A stretch of DNA of 64,000 nucleotides from an uncultured delta proteobacterium (GCA_963772835.1 CAVYYZ010000003.1:96001-160000), one strand, 5' to 3'; counted from the stretch's first letter, positions 1 through 10,524 are shown. Made by a program: numbers and translations. The notes: generated by a model not told the origin, from the letters alone.

Positions 1-1
1 C

Positions 2-925
2 CAGATCGCCAACGGGACGAAGGTTGAAGGTCTCAGTTCCGATATTGCCGTTAATCGGGTCTATTCCCTGGCTGCGTCCACTGGTGAACGCTGGACACCG
101 CTCTCTACGGCTCTTATCCGGCCTGCCGCAGTTGTCCCGGAGAATCCGGGTGCGGCGGAAATTATCGGCCGGATCCATGATGATCTTCGCGGTGACATGA
201 ACGGCGCCCGTTCGTTCACTATCCGTCGCGTAACGACGAAAGCGTCCGGTGTGCCGCTGGTGATCACCGCGCTGGAGGGTGATCTGCTCTTTACCAGGGA
301 AATGAGCGGTCTCAGCTTTTTTCAGGCGGATCTCCTCGGAGGGACTCTTCTCGCCCGAGGTCTGTTCGACCTGCGTCCGGAGGTCCCGAACATAACTGCT
401 GCCGGATCCTTTTCACATCTTGATATCACCTATCTGCTGCCGGCAGAAAACAGAAAGCGGCAGGGGGATCAGGATGCCGAGATCACCGGGGAGATGAGTC
501 TTACCGCGCCGCTGACAGCCGAGCAGCGCGAGCTGTTTGAACAGCTCCGGCTTGCGCTGAATGTGCGCAAGATCGGAAGCAATACGATTGAACGGGCACT
601 CTTCAGTCTCGACCCGTACGAGCGGAACGAACAGGTGGTTGCCCAGCGAAAAATGCTGCGGCTGGGCGGGTTGAAGGGGCTGCGGGCCACTGCGGTTGAT
701 GGCGCCTTCAGCATGGAAGGGGAGGCGTACATTAAAGGGGTGACCGTGGATCTGCCGAAGGTGGAGCGGCTGCGCATTTCCGAACTGCCGCTCCGCCGGG
801 AACTGGTGAAGAACAGGAGTGCGATCAAGACGCTGCGCGGTGTTCTTGACCTGGTACGTGCCGATAGTATTGTTGTCGGTCCAAAGGGTGAACTATCATT
901 GAAACGGAGGAAATATGCTCAATAG
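2..925 (+). CDS. C-terminal part of a YdbH/AsmA-like envelope protein (5' end lies outside the window)
   Basis: The frame of ORF 197..925 is open back to base 2 (QIANGTKVEGLSSDIAV...). The sequence looks beta-rich and lies directly upstream of, and overlaps, a YdbL-like gene, as in ydbH-ynbE-ydbL operons. The family call rests mainly on context. Confidence 0.55.
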   Translation, partial: QIANGTKVEGLSSDIAVNRVYSLAASTGERWTPLSTALIRPAAVVPENPGAAEIIGRIHDDLRGDMNGARSFTIRRVTTKASGVPLVITALEGDLLFTREMSGLSFFQADLLGGTLLARGLFDLRPEVPNITAAGSFSHLDITYLLPAENRKRQGDQDAEITGEMSLTAPLTAEQRELFEQLRLALNVRKIGSNTIERALFSLDPYERNEQVVAQRKMLRLGGLKGLRATAVDGAFSMEGEAYIKGVTVDLPKVERLRISELPLRRELVKNRSAIKTLRGVLDLVRADSIVVGPKGELSLKRRKYAQ

Positions 926-1517
926 ATCAAGGAGAGGGATTACAACAACTGTTGCCCTGGCTCTTTTTGTTTCAGGCTGCACCCTTGCCAAGGTCGATGT
1001 CAATGTTGTCAGCGAACGGACTTCCCTGGAAAATCAGGTTCTCGGAACATACAACAGTCTGAGTGAGGACATGCTGCTGGTCGCGTCGGTACGGGGTGTC
1101 TCCCCGACCGGGAAAATCGCCTCGCCGCCCAGGCATACGCCGGAGCAGGCTGATGCTGTCCGGGCGATGGAGACGATCGCATTTCATGCCGATGATGTTG
1201 AATCTTTCAAGGGTTTCGGCTGGGTTGGCGAGAACCGGGAAGGGCTGCTGACCACCTTTACCCGAGAACCACCGAAGGGTGCGTCTGCAGAGCTGAAGTC
1301 GTTTGCCGCCAATTACAGTGATGCCGAATTTCAGCAAGTCGTGCAGGAGGTTAACCAGGCGCGTGACGTATTGATGATACGGGTGGTGCAGACTAATGAA
1401 AACTTCACGATCAAGGATCTGCCGTCCATCCGCACGGTTTTTGCAAAGATAAACCGTCAGAATTCCGCTCCAGGATCAAAGGTTCAGGATGCCGACGGCC
1501 GGTGGCAGACGCTATGA
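915..1517 (+). CDS. YdbL/DUF1318-family lipoprotein
   Basis: Lipobox FVSG-C. YdbL-like motifs GWVGENREGLL, VQEVNQAR and C-terminal GSKVQDADGRW. Confidence 0.7.
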   Translation: MLNRSRRGITTTVALALFVSGCTLAKVDVNVVSERTSLENQVLGTYNSLSEDMLLVASVRGVSPTGKIASPPRHTPEQADAVRAMETIAFHADDVESFKGFGWVGENREGLLTTFTREPPKGASAELKSFAANYSDAEFQQVVQEVNQARDVLMIRVVQTNENFTIKDLPSIRTVFAKINRQNSAPGSKVQDADGRWQTL

Positions 1518-4500
1518 AACCGTGTCGTCTATGGATCACAGTGGGTCTGCTGTCACTTGGTCTGCTGATCTGCTGCTCACCGGCATCGGCACTGCCGCTC
1601 GGCGACGAGCTGCTGGCTCCGGCGGCCCCCCGTTCTGCGCCGCGCTCCCGTCCGGAAACGTCCCCCCGGCCTGCCATTTTCAGTTCGCGTCAGGTTCTGT
1701 ACGTTGCCCGGGCCGCAGACGGCACACGGATGGTTACCGTTGAACGGGGCGACAAGGGTGATGAACTCTGGCTCTATTCTTTCACCGTCGTTCCGGAACT
1801 GCCGCGCCTGCTTCATACGAGCCCGGTTCGACTGGCTGCTCCGGCACTCAATGCCGACGGGACGCTTGTCGCTTTTGTTGATGCACAGGATGATGTCAAG
1901 GGTGATATATGGCTGTTAAATTTATCAAAACATGATTCCGCACCCCGGCGGCTGACCGGCAGGGAATCGGCCGACGATGCGCCGGTGTTCACTGCAAACG
2001 GGTCGGCTTTGGTGTATCAGCGTCAGATGCCGGGGGCAACGGTGCGTGAACTGGTACGGATTCAACTCGGCGATAACCGGATAGACCTGCTGCCGGTCGG
2101 CATCGATGCCGCGTTTGCGGCCCCTTCGCCGGACGGTACCAGGTGGCTGTTCGTGTCGCGCACGTCAGACCCTAACGGCGATCTCTGGCTCTGGAACGAA
2201 CAGGGGGGGGCGATCACGCAACTGACGGATGGTGCCGGACGTGATTTGTATCCGGCCTGGGAAAGCGCGGATACGATCCTTTTTACCCGTCAATCCGCCG
2301 CCGGGGAAAATGCTGCGGACGGGCAGTCCTCGGGGCAGATCTACCGGCTGCATCTGAAGCGTGCCGGAGATGACGGTTTCCCGTTTGCTTCTCCACTTAC
2401 CTCTGCCGCGTTGGTGGCGGTGGCGCCGCTTCCGGCCGGGGATCGGTTTTATTTCGTTGCCGGTCTGGCCGGTGGCGGACAGGTCATGTACCTTCCTGCG
2501 TCCGGCGAGATCCCGGATCGTCCGACTGTTGCCGAACAATGGGCGCTGGCACGCATCCTTCTGGAACGTCAGCCCCCCGATCCGGCCCATGCCCGGTTGG
2601 CATCCGCCCGTGTTCTTGCGCGCGAGAATTCTCCCGTACTCGAAGGGGCACTGGCCGGACTGGCTCTGGCCGGATTGATGGAGCAGGCGGGGGAAGCCGT
2701 TCAGGCCGAAGAACAGTACGGAGCGGTCGCCCGCCGTTACGGCAGCTTTCCCCGGGAAGCGGCACTGGCCCGAATCGCCCGGATCAGGATACAGTCGGCG
2801 CAGCGCTGCATTGATGTCATTCAGCTGGAGCGGCGGCAGGAAATTCTTCGTGAGGCGGAACAGTCGATGAAAGCTGTTGCGGAAGGGAAAGGTGCCGACG
2901 CAACGGCCCGCTATCTGATCGATACCGCACGGCTGCTGGCTGATTACGGTAATGGTGCTGCCGGTCAGTTGGCCGCAATCGGAATGACGGAGCAGGTTGC
3001 CGCTCTGAAGGATGCTTCCCGGCCGCTTCAGGCTGAGGCGGCGCTCCGTCGCGCCATGCTTCTGACAAAGCTTGAAAAAGGTCCCGGAGCTCTCGGAGCG
3101 CTGGTCGCTGTTGCCACCGCATACGGCGATCAGGAAGAGTGGGCCGAAGCGGCGATCACCGCCGTTCTGGATCAGGTGTCTCCCCGTGATCACCCGGATC
3201 AGGCGGCGCTCTCGGCGCTTGCTGAACGTTACCGGACCGTTCTCCCCCGCCTCGCGATGGGGGCCTGGAACCGTCAGGGTGACGTGGCATATCGGGCCAA
3301 TGAGTGGGCCAGGGCCAAGGATGCCTATCGCACGGTTCTCGAAAAATTCCCTGCCATCCCGACTCCTACCGCTGCGGCGCGCTTTGCTCTGGCGGAAGTA
3401 CTCTATCGCGAGGAACGCTACGCCGAGGCCAAGGCGCTGTACGAAACGGAAATGAACCTGCAGCCTGAGGATACGCCTCTCTATCAGCTGGCCCGGGCCG
3501 CCTATATCCGCAAAACAGTGGCGGCCGGCGAAAATCTGTATCGGATCGGCGAAATTGCCGCAGCCCGTTCGCTCTTTCTGGATCTTATCCGTTATGACGG
3601 GCGGAGTGTCGAGGCGCATCGAGGCTATATCAAATCGGTCGCCGCCATGGGTCAGGCCGTGGAACTGCTGGGCCGGTACCAATCCATGCTGAGCTCCTAT
3701 CCCGACGATCCGGTTCTCCTCTACGCAGCCGGACTCACACTGACCTATCTGCCGGGAAAAGAGAACCTGGAAGAGGCGGACCGTCTGATTGCCCGTGCGG
3801 CGGACCGGATGCCGTCATCGGAATACCCCCCCCAGACACGGGGGTATCTTGCCGAAGTGGCCGAGACCGTGTATGGAGAACGGGGCGGGCTGGAGCGGGC
3901 GCTTGCACAGTACCGCCGTGCCTGGCTGCTCAACCGGCCGCTGGAACAGCCTGAAAACCGCGCCAATCTTGATCTGAACATTGGCAATATCGCCTATCTG
4001 CTCGGCAGCAAGGCTACGGCCTGGAAATTCTACAGCCAGCGGCTGGCTTCAAAAATCCCGTTCGACAATCCGGATACCGAACTGATTTTTCAGCAGCGCT
4101 ATGCGGCGGTTGCATTTCAGATGCACGAAAAGGAAGCTCCCATCACCGGCTATCTCAGGGCGCTTCAGCTGACCGGGGAACGCCTGAATCCGTCCCGGCC
4201 GCTCGACCTGTTCGGCCGTTTGTCGAGGAGGGTCGTGGAGCGCCTTTTCTCCGGAACCGATCGCACTCCGGCCGCAGAAGCCGCACTGGGTGAACAGCAG
4301 GCAATTACCGCCGACCTTGAGCGCCTCGGAGCTGACCCACCGGAAGCGCCCCCTTCAAGCGGTTGGAGCAGTTTCGACAAGACGATGCGCGTTCTGCTGG
4401 AACGGCAGCGGACCCTGTTGGCTTCTGCTCCTTCCTGGAACAGAGACGCCGCTAAAAGTGCCGCCGAACTGAGCGGCATGAGTGCCGCCGTGGCAAAGGA

Positions 4501-7500
4501 GCTGGATGCTGTCCCGCGCTTGGTGGAAACGGCGGCCGAAATTCATGACCGGCTCGGTTTGGCGTACCTCGAAGCAGATCGTTTTACTGCCGCCCGCGAA
4601 CAGTTTGACGCCGCATACGTGTTGAACAAGGGGCTGGGGTTTACCGGCAATCTTGCCTCCAATCGTCGTTCAGCCAGCATTGCCGCCTATAGGGAAGCGC
4701 ATGCCGCCTCAGGTGAGGAACAGGAGCGGCTGCTGCGCCTGAGCCGTGACGGGTTCACCGGGCTGCTGACGCTGCTGAAAACCGATCCACCTGCGTCGAA
4801 GGCCCCGGCAAAGCGGAGCGGTGGTCTGGTGGAGCTGTCTGCCACTATTGCTCTCGATAAGGGTGGTTCCACTGATGCCGCCTTCGGTTTCAGTGCCGAA
4901 CAGGAAAAGCGGCTCGCCGAGATTTATCTGGCACGTATCCAGTCCGAACTGGGGAACACGACTGCCGCCGTGCTTCTGCTGAGGAATCAGCTGGAACGGT
5001 ACCCGTCCGATAATAAAAAAATAGCAGTGCGCGACCTGTACGGGGTCGCGCTCCTTAGCCACCGTACCGCTCATGTTGATTATGCCCTCGGAAACATCAC
5101 GGCTTCTGAGGCCGGTTTTCACCGTTCGACGCTCCTCTCCCTGCAGGGTGGGAACACGATCAGTGCGATGCTCAATCTGGTCAACTGGGGGCAACTGCTG
5201 GCGACAAACGGGAAACCTGCTGATATTACGGCATTTTTGAGCGCCGTGGCGGGGGTTTCCAGACTTGCCGAAGCCTCCCGCGCCGCACTCCCGCCGCTCG
5301 TGTACGGCCGTTTTCACAATGACGCCGGAGCCCTTCTTGCCCGCCTGGCTTCGGCCGGGCCGGATGATGCCAGCCGCCAGGCACTGCTGTACAAAGCACT
5401 GGAACAGTGGGACAGGGTGCTTGTCCTTCCTGCCGACTCCGGCGACAGAGAACTTCTCCATCAGCAGCGCCGCCAGCGGGCGGTTGCCCTGCTTAACCGC
5501 AGCGCGGTTCTGGCGGCGCTCGACCTGGCCGATGCAGCTGAAGCGACCCGCAGCACCGCTCTGGACGAAGCCCGCACTGCTGCTGCGTATTCGCTGGAAT
5601 GGCGCGCTCTTGCCGCGCTGGGGCGCTATGATGATTCGCTCGGACTGCTCGGGCATCTGCCGTTGACGGAGTACGACCTGCAGCGCGGCGAACTGACAGA
5701 GCGCTTTGCCCCGTATCTGGCTGATATGGCTGCTAAAAATCCCGAACAGTCATTTGCACTGCTGGAGCGGTTGAGCGAGATCGAACGGGTGCAGCTGCTC
5801 GGCCGTGGTGCTCTCGGTCTGGATGTTCCTGCGACAGTCGATCAGTTTCGTGCTGCTGCGCCGCATCTCGCCGAAATCGACCGGCTGCGTGATGCCAATG
5901 CCAGGGGAACGGATGTCGACAAGGAGTATCTGCAACTGCGGCTTGGTCAGGTACAGTCGGCTGTTGACGATCTTTTCGGAGCGAAGCTCGAACGGCTGCC
6001 ATCTTTTTATGCCCGGGGAGGGGAAGGTGCGCTCCGCTTTGTTGCGGCATCGGTTGAACTGAGCCGGTTGTCCCGGGCAGGTGAGGTTTCAGAGCCGCTT
6101 TCCGATGCCTTGAAGGCTGTACAGCAACGTTTCAGCACTCTGCAGTCGGCGTTCAACAAAGAGTGTGCTGCCGGAAAAGGTGGCACTCTCTGTCGCCTGA
6201 TTTCGCCGCAACCGGTCGAACTGATCGATGTTCTGGAAATTGTGCCGGGAAAGACGCTGCTCCGCTTCACACCCCTGGGGAACGGCCGCTGGCTGCTCTT
6301 TACGACCGGCGGCAAGGCCGGGATTGTGGCCGAAACGGTCGACGAAAAAACGCTTGCTGCCCGGCTTTCTGCCGTTCCGCCGGTTCTGGCCGCCTACGAG
6401 GATCCATCCCGGTTCAGCGCTGCACCGGTGGCTGGCTGGAGCCTAAGCGCCAGTCATCTTGTGCAGTCATTTACGCAGCGAAAACCGTTCCGCCGACAAC
6501 TGCTCGACCCGTCCGGCTGGTGGAAGGGGGGAGGTCCGTTTTCGAAGCTTGCGTCACCCCGGATGACTGACCGCCTGACCGACGCTCATACGCTGGTACT
6601 TCCGGCCCGGGCCGGGCTGCTTCCTGAAGTCCCGTCACTCCCCGGTGGGAGCGGTTACTCGCTGCCGTTGTGGGAGGATGACACGGGACAGCGCCATCCG
6701 TTCTCCGAACTGGCCGCAGCGGAGAATCTCTCGCTGATTGTCGCTCCGTACGCCGGCTTCAGTCAGGTTTACTACCTGGGGCATCTGGCCGCTCTTCAGG
6801 GAGTTCCGTCGCTTCTTCTGGGTGATCGCACACCGGGTGATGCTGCCGCAGTCGACTCAAAGGCGTTTGTCGTCGCGTATGCAGAACAGTCGCTCGGAGA
6901 TGCCCGTAAACTGCTCCCCTCCGGCTGGTTGCTGATCGGTGATACGGGGCCGGATGCGACTGAGGCGGCAAAGCTGGGAAAAAGCCGCTTTACCGAATAC
7001 GGTAAAGCCGGTGTCCTGGCTCACAACGCCGGTTCTTATCCGAAAGCGCTCTCCCTGTTTGAAAATGCGCTGGCAATCGTCGCCGAAAATCCAACCCTGG
7101 CTAAATATCGAACCCAGCTGCATCGCTATGCACGTGAAAGCGCGTTTGCCGCCGGATTCACCGATCGGGCCATTGTCCATGCCGATGCGCTGGTCAAGGG
7201 GTTGGCCGCGGAGAAACCCTATTCTCCCGAACATGCCGACGCGCTGCTGCGCCTTGGCCTGCTGCAGGGGAACGCGGAACGTTTCTCCGATGCCGCCATC
7301 TCGCTGAAAGAAGGGGTCGGCATCTTTGCCGATCTCGGCATGGCAAAGGAGCAGGCGGCTGCATTGGCTGACTTCGGTGTCGTGATGGAAAATTCGGTCA
7401 ATTACACCGCCGCCCGGACCTATTTTGAAGAAGCGGCCGGTTTACGCCGGACCTTGAAGGACGAAGTGCCGCTGGCCGAACAGTATCGTAACCTTGGCCG

Positions 7501-9820
7501 GATCTATGACCTGCGCCTCAACCGGTATGCGGTTGCCGAAAAATATTATGCCCAGGCCGGTGAGATCTATGCGCGAACCGCCAACGCACCGCTGGAAGCA
7601 GAAACCCTCCTTGAACGGGGGCGCTGCCAGCGTCTGCTCGGCAACTTTCCGGCAGCAGATGCACTTTACACCGCTGCGCTGGCAAAGGTCGGGTCGAAAG
7701 ATCAGCGCACGAAGATGCGGATCGTACTGGAACAGGCCAATAACGCCTGGTTTCAGGGACGGTATCAGGAAGCGTTTGACCTGCGGGAACTGGTGGAAAA
7801 GAACGCTCAGGCCGAAAAATGGTCGCTTGAACAGGTTATGGTGAAGAATACCGGCGGTCTGATCTGGTGGACGCTGGGGGACAACAAACGGGCTCTGCTG
7901 GAATTGCGGGGTGCACTGGAGCGAGCGGATAAACTGGCGGTCCGGCGTGATGAGGTTGCGACGACACTCAACAACATCGGCCTGGTCCAACGCGAATCCG
8001 GCGATTATTCCCACGCGCTGGACACGCTTGGAAAAGCACTTGTCATTGATCGTGCGCTCGGCTCCCGCTGGGCGATGGCGTACGATCTGCGCAATCTCGG
8101 ACAGACCCGTCTGAAGATGGGGGATGCCGCAGCCGCGCTGCAGCAGTTTGCCGAGGCAGGTGTCATGGCGACGGAAATCGGCGACAAGGTCAACCTTGCA
8201 AAGATTCATCTCGCCCGCGGCGATGCCGAAACGGAGCTGAAGCAGCAGGCATTGGCCGAAGCAAGCTATCGCAGCGCACTTGACATTGCCGATGCGCTGC
8301 TGCTGCGGGAAGTGCGCTGGAGGGCCCTGTTCGGGCTGGCCAGACTGCAGCAGAATGCCGGAAATTTGCCCGGAGCCGTTACATCATATCAGCAGTCGCT
8401 GGAGACTGTCGAAGGGCTCAGGGCCGAAATAAAGCTCGACCAGCTCAAAGACGGTTTCCTCGCCGACAAGATGGATGTCTACTCCGGGCTTGTCAGTCTG
8501 CTGGTTGATCTGAAACGGAGCGATGAAGCGTTCGCGGTGGCGGAACGTTCCCGCTCCCGCAACCTGATCGATATTCTCGGGCGTCAGCGGCTGTCTCTTT
8601 CCGGAGCGGTGGATCAGGAACTGTACGATCGTCAGAACCGTCTTAAAGAGCAGATGCTTGAACAGGAAAATCTGTCGGTTCAAGCGGCGAACCCGAAAGA
8701 GAGGGCCCGCTATGCTCAGGCGCTGGAGAAGCTGCGCGGCGATTATCAGGATCTGTTGATCGACATCGAACGGAAGCGTCCGGAGCTTCTGGCGCTGGTA
8801 ACGGTTAATCCGACTACGCTCGATGATATCCGCACACTGCTTGAACCGGGTGTTGTCCTCCTTTCGTATTATCAACTCCCCGACCGGTTGTTATGCTGGA
8901 AGATCGACCGCGACCGCGTAACACTGATGATTCAGAAGATTCAGTCCAAGGAGCTGGCCGCAAAGATCTCATCTTACCGCCGGATGATGCAGAATCTGGA
9001 ACCGCTGGAAAAACAGTCGCGTGAACTGTATGAGCTGCTGGTTGCGCAGCCGCTGGCGGGGAGCGGACCGCTCCGTGCGGTCGGCATCATCCCGCATGGC
9101 AGTCTCCATTATCTGTCGTTTGCAACGCTGAACGACGGGCGTGATTACCTGGTTGACCGCCAGAAACTCTTTTATCTCCCGGCGGCATCGGTGTTGAAAT
9201 ACACGCTGGCGAGACGGAGTCCCGGGAAAAAACTGCACATTCTGGCGATCGGTAACCCCGATCTCGGTAATCCGTCTCTTGACCTCCCATTCGCAGAGCG
9301 TGAAGCGGGAGCCCTGCGCTGGAATTATCCCGATGTGACGACCCTGACCCGCGAACGTGCCACTGAGAGCTGGATTCGTGAGCATATCAGCGAATTCGGT
9401 GTTATCCACATAGCTTCTCATGGCGAATTCGATCCGATCAACCCGCTCTTTTCGGCGATCCGTCTGGCAAAGGACAGCAAAGCCGATGGGAAACTCCAGG
9501 CTGAGGAGATTTTCGGGCTCGATATACATGCTGATCTTGTCGTGCTGAGCGCCTGTCAGACCGGACTCGGGGATATCCGGAGCGGCGATGATGTCGTCGG
9601 CATGAGCCGGGCGTTTATCTTTGCCGGCACCCACTCGCTGATGTCGAGCCTCTGGCGTGTCAGCGACGTTTCAACAGCGATAATGATGAAGCAGTTTTAT
9701 CGCAGCTACATGACCTACGACAAAGCGGAGAGTCTGACCCGGGCAATGCAGCACGTGAAAAACCGTTATCCGCATCCGGGGTACTGGGGGGCGTTTGTCC
9801 TGACCGGGGATTATCAATAG
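1514..9820 (+). CDS. Giant exported protein: PD40/TolB-like beta-propeller, TPR arrays and C-terminal CHAT (caspase-like, clan CD) protease
   Basis: ATG 1514 overlaps the upstream stop (ATGA). Signal peptide MKPCRLW...SPASA. PD40-like repeats (PALNADG, PVFTANG, PSPDG, DLYPAW) and many TPRs. CHAT dyad HIASHG (His codon 9419) and LVVLSACQTG (Cys codon 9554), plus SLW-V-D and HPGYWGAFVLTGD. Confidence 0.9.
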   Translation: MKPCRLWITVGLLSLGLLICCSPASALPLGDELLAPAAPRSAPRSRPETSPRPAIFSSRQVLYVARAADGTRMVTVERGDKGDELWLYSFTVVPELPRLLHTSPVRLAAPALNADGTLVAFVDAQDDVKGDIWLLNLSKHDSAPRRLTGRESADDAPVFTANGSALVYQRQMPGATVRELVRIQLGDNRIDLLPVGIDAAFAAPSPDGTRWLFVSRTSDPNGDLWLWNEQGGAITQLTDGAGRDLYPAWESADTILFTRQSAAGENAADGQSSGQIYRLHLKRAGDDGFPFASPLTSAALVAVAPLPAGDRFYFVAGLAGGGQVMYLPASGEIPDRPTVAEQWALARILLERQPPDPAHARLASARVLARENSPVLEGALAGLALAGLMEQAGEAVQAEEQYGAVARRYGSFPREAALARIARIRIQSAQRCIDVIQLERRQEILREAEQSMKAVAEGKGADATARYLIDTARLLADYGNGAAGQLAAIGMTEQVAALKDASRPLQAEAALRRAMLLTKLEKGPGALGALVAVATAYGDQEEWAEAAITAVLDQVSPRDHPDQAALSALAERYRTVLPRLAMGAWNRQGDVAYRANEWARAKDAYRTVLEKFPAIPTPTAAARFALAEVLYREERYAEAKALYETEMNLQPEDTPLYQLARAAYIRKTVAAGENLYRIGEIAAARSLFLDLIRYDGRSVEAHRGYIKSVAAMGQAVELLGRYQSMLSSYPDDPVLLYAAGLTLTYLPGKENLEEADRLIARAADRMPSSEYPPQTRGYLAEVAETVYGERGGLERALAQYRRAWLLNRPLEQPENRANLDLNIGNIAYLLGSKATAWKFYSQRLASKIPFDNPDTELIFQQRYAAVAFQMHEKEAPITGYLRALQLTGERLNPSRPLDLFGRLSRRVVERLFSGTDRTPAAEAALGEQQAITADLERLGADPPEAPPSSGWSSFDKTMRVLLERQRTLLASAPSWNRDAAKSAAELSGMSAAVAKELDAVPRLVETAAEIHDRLGLAYLEADRFTAAREQFDAAYVLNKGLGFTGNLASNRRSASIAAYREAHAASGEEQERLLRLSRDGFTGLLTLLKTDPPASKAPAKRSGGLVELSATIALDKGGSTDAAFGFSAEQEKRLAEIYLARIQSELGNTTAAVLLLRNQLERYPSDNKKIAVRDLYGVALLSHRTAHVDYALGNITASEAGFHRSTLLSLQGGNTISAMLNLVNWGQLLATNGKPADITAFLSAVAGVSRLAEASRAALPPLVYGRFHNDAGALLARLASAGPDDASRQALLYKALEQWDRVLVLPADSGDRELLHQQRRQRAVALLNRSAVLAALDLADAAEATRSTALDEARTAAAYSLEWRALAALGRYDDSLGLLGHLPLTEYDLQRGELTERFAPYLADMAAKNPEQSFALLERLSEIERVQLLGRGALGLDVPATVDQFRAAAPHLAEIDRLRDANARGTDVDKEYLQLRLGQVQSAVDDLFGAKLERLPSFYARGGEGALRFVAASVELSRLSRAGEVSEPLSDALKAVQQRFSTLQSAFNKECAAGKGGTLCRLISPQPVELIDVLEIVPGKTLLRFTPLGNGRWLLFTTGGKAGIVAETVDEKTLAARLSAVPPVLAAYEDPSRFSAAPVAGWSLSASHLVQSFTQRKPFRRQLLDPSGWWKGGGPFSKLASPRMTDRLTDAHTLVLPARAGLLPEVPSLPGGSGYSLPLWEDDTGQRHPFSELAAAENLSLIVAPYAGFSQVYYLGHLAALQGVPSLLLGDRTPGDAAAVDSKAFVVAYAEQSLGDARKLLPSGWLLIGDTGPDATEAAKLGKSRFTEYGKAGVLAHNAGSYPKALSLFENALAIVAENPTLAKYRTQLHRYARESAFAAGFTDRAIVHADALVKGLAAEKPYSPEHADALLRLGLLQGNAERFSDAAISLKEGVGIFADLGMAKEQAAALADFGVVMENSVNYTAARTYFEEAAGLRRTLKDEVPLAEQYRNLGRIYDLRLNRYAVAEKYYAQAGEIYARTANAPLEAETLLERGRCQRLLGNFPAADALYTAALAKVGSKDQRTKMRIVLEQANNAWFQGRYQEAFDLRELVEKNAQAEKWSLEQVMVKNTGGLIWWTLGDNKRALLELRGALERADKLAVRRDEVATTLNNIGLVQRESGDYSHALDTLGKALVIDRALGSRWAMAYDLRNLGQTRLKMGDAAAALQQFAEAGVMATEIGDKVNLAKIHLARGDAETELKQQALAEASYRSALDIADALLLREVRWRALFGLARLQQNAGNLPGAVTSYQQSLETVEGLRAEIKLDQLKDGFLADKMDVYSGLVSLLVDLKRSDEAFAVAERSRSRNLIDILGRQRLSLSGAVDQELYDRQNRLKEQMLEQENLSVQAANPKERARYAQALEKLRGDYQDLLIDIERKRPELLALVTVNPTTLDDIRTLLEPGVVLLSYYQLPDRLLCWKIDRDRVTLMIQKIQSKELAAKISSYRRMMQNLEPLEKQSRELYELLVAQPLAGSGPLRAVGIIPHGSLHYLSFATLNDGRDYLVDRQKLFYLPAASVLKYTLARRSPGKKLHILAIGNPDLGNPSLDLPFAEREAGALRWNYPDVTTLTRERATESWIREHISEFGVIHIASHGEFDPINPLFSAIRLAKDSKADGKLQAEEIFGLDIHADLVVLSACQTGLGDIRSGDDVVGMSRAFIFAGTHSLMSSLWRVSDVSTAIMMKQFYRSYMTYDKAESLTRAMQHVKNRYPHPGYWGAFVLTGDYQ

Positions 9821-9993
9821 ATGGATTCCAACAGCGTACATATGATAGGTTGCAGGAGCGGCTTGAATGCCCTGAGACGGTCAAGTCGGAGCTATATTTT
9901 TACGTAAGATCTTGCGAATAGTGAGATTTCAGAATGATTCCATACGAAATTGTAACCAAACTGAAGTGAAACAGCTGACAAAGGAGGTTCAAA

Positions 9994-10524
9994 ATGAGAA
10001 TTAGACGCAGTTTGATCGCAACAGTGTTGCTGTTGCTGGTTGCCTCGATGGCGCTGGCCGAAGAAAAACGCTGGGTGTCCAGTGAGGGTACAACGCTCAA
10101 GTCAGAGGCGTCAGCCTCGTCCGAGAACGTTGTCGATGTGTCGGTAGGCACCGAAATAACTGTTGTTGAATCCGGCGGCCGCTGGCTGAAAGTAAAGACA
10201 GCAGCGGGAAAAGAAGGGTGGGTGTATGCAGGCCGTGTTTCAGAGACACCTCCGGTCGCCGAAGTTACCGGTGGAGATGGCGGTATTTTTGGTGACAGTA
10301 TGCAAAAGAGCCAGATCAATACAGCCAAGGCTGATAGTGCCCGCAGTATCCGGGGGCTTTCGCCTGAAACCGCCCAGTACGCAAAAGATCGCGGCACTCC
10401 GGAAATGTATAAAAAAGCGCTTGATATTGTACTGTTGCGAAAAGTAAGTGCCAAAGAGCTGAAAACATTTTTGAAAGATGGAAAAATTGGCGAATACGCC
10501 CTGGTTCAGGGGGGAAACAAATGA
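9994..10524 (+). CDS. Exported bacterial SH3-domain protein
   Basis: Signal peptide; SH3b motif GRWLKVKTAAGKEGWV; AGGAGG RBS. Confidence 0.8.
   Translation: MRIRRSLIATVLLLLVASMALAEEKRWVSSEGTTLKSEASASSENVVDVSVGTEITVVESGGRWLKVKTAAGKEGWVYAGRVSETPPVAEVTGGDGGIFGDSMQKSQINTAKADSARSIRGLSPETAQYAKDRGTPEMYKKALDIVLLRKVSAKELKTFLKDGKIGEYALVQGGNK

Noticed and set aside
2165..3682. 505-aa antisense ORF, and similar long antisense ORFs at 4709-5656, 13196-14071 and 22205-23170
   Set aside because: These are shadow ORFs opposite well-supported GC-rich genes and have no recognisable motifs.
1514..9820. Craspase (type III-E) or other CRISPR link for the TPR-CHAT protein
   Set aside because: There is no Cas7-11 or array. 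The protein has a signal peptide and lies 15 kb from the cas6-like gene, with housekeeping genes in between.
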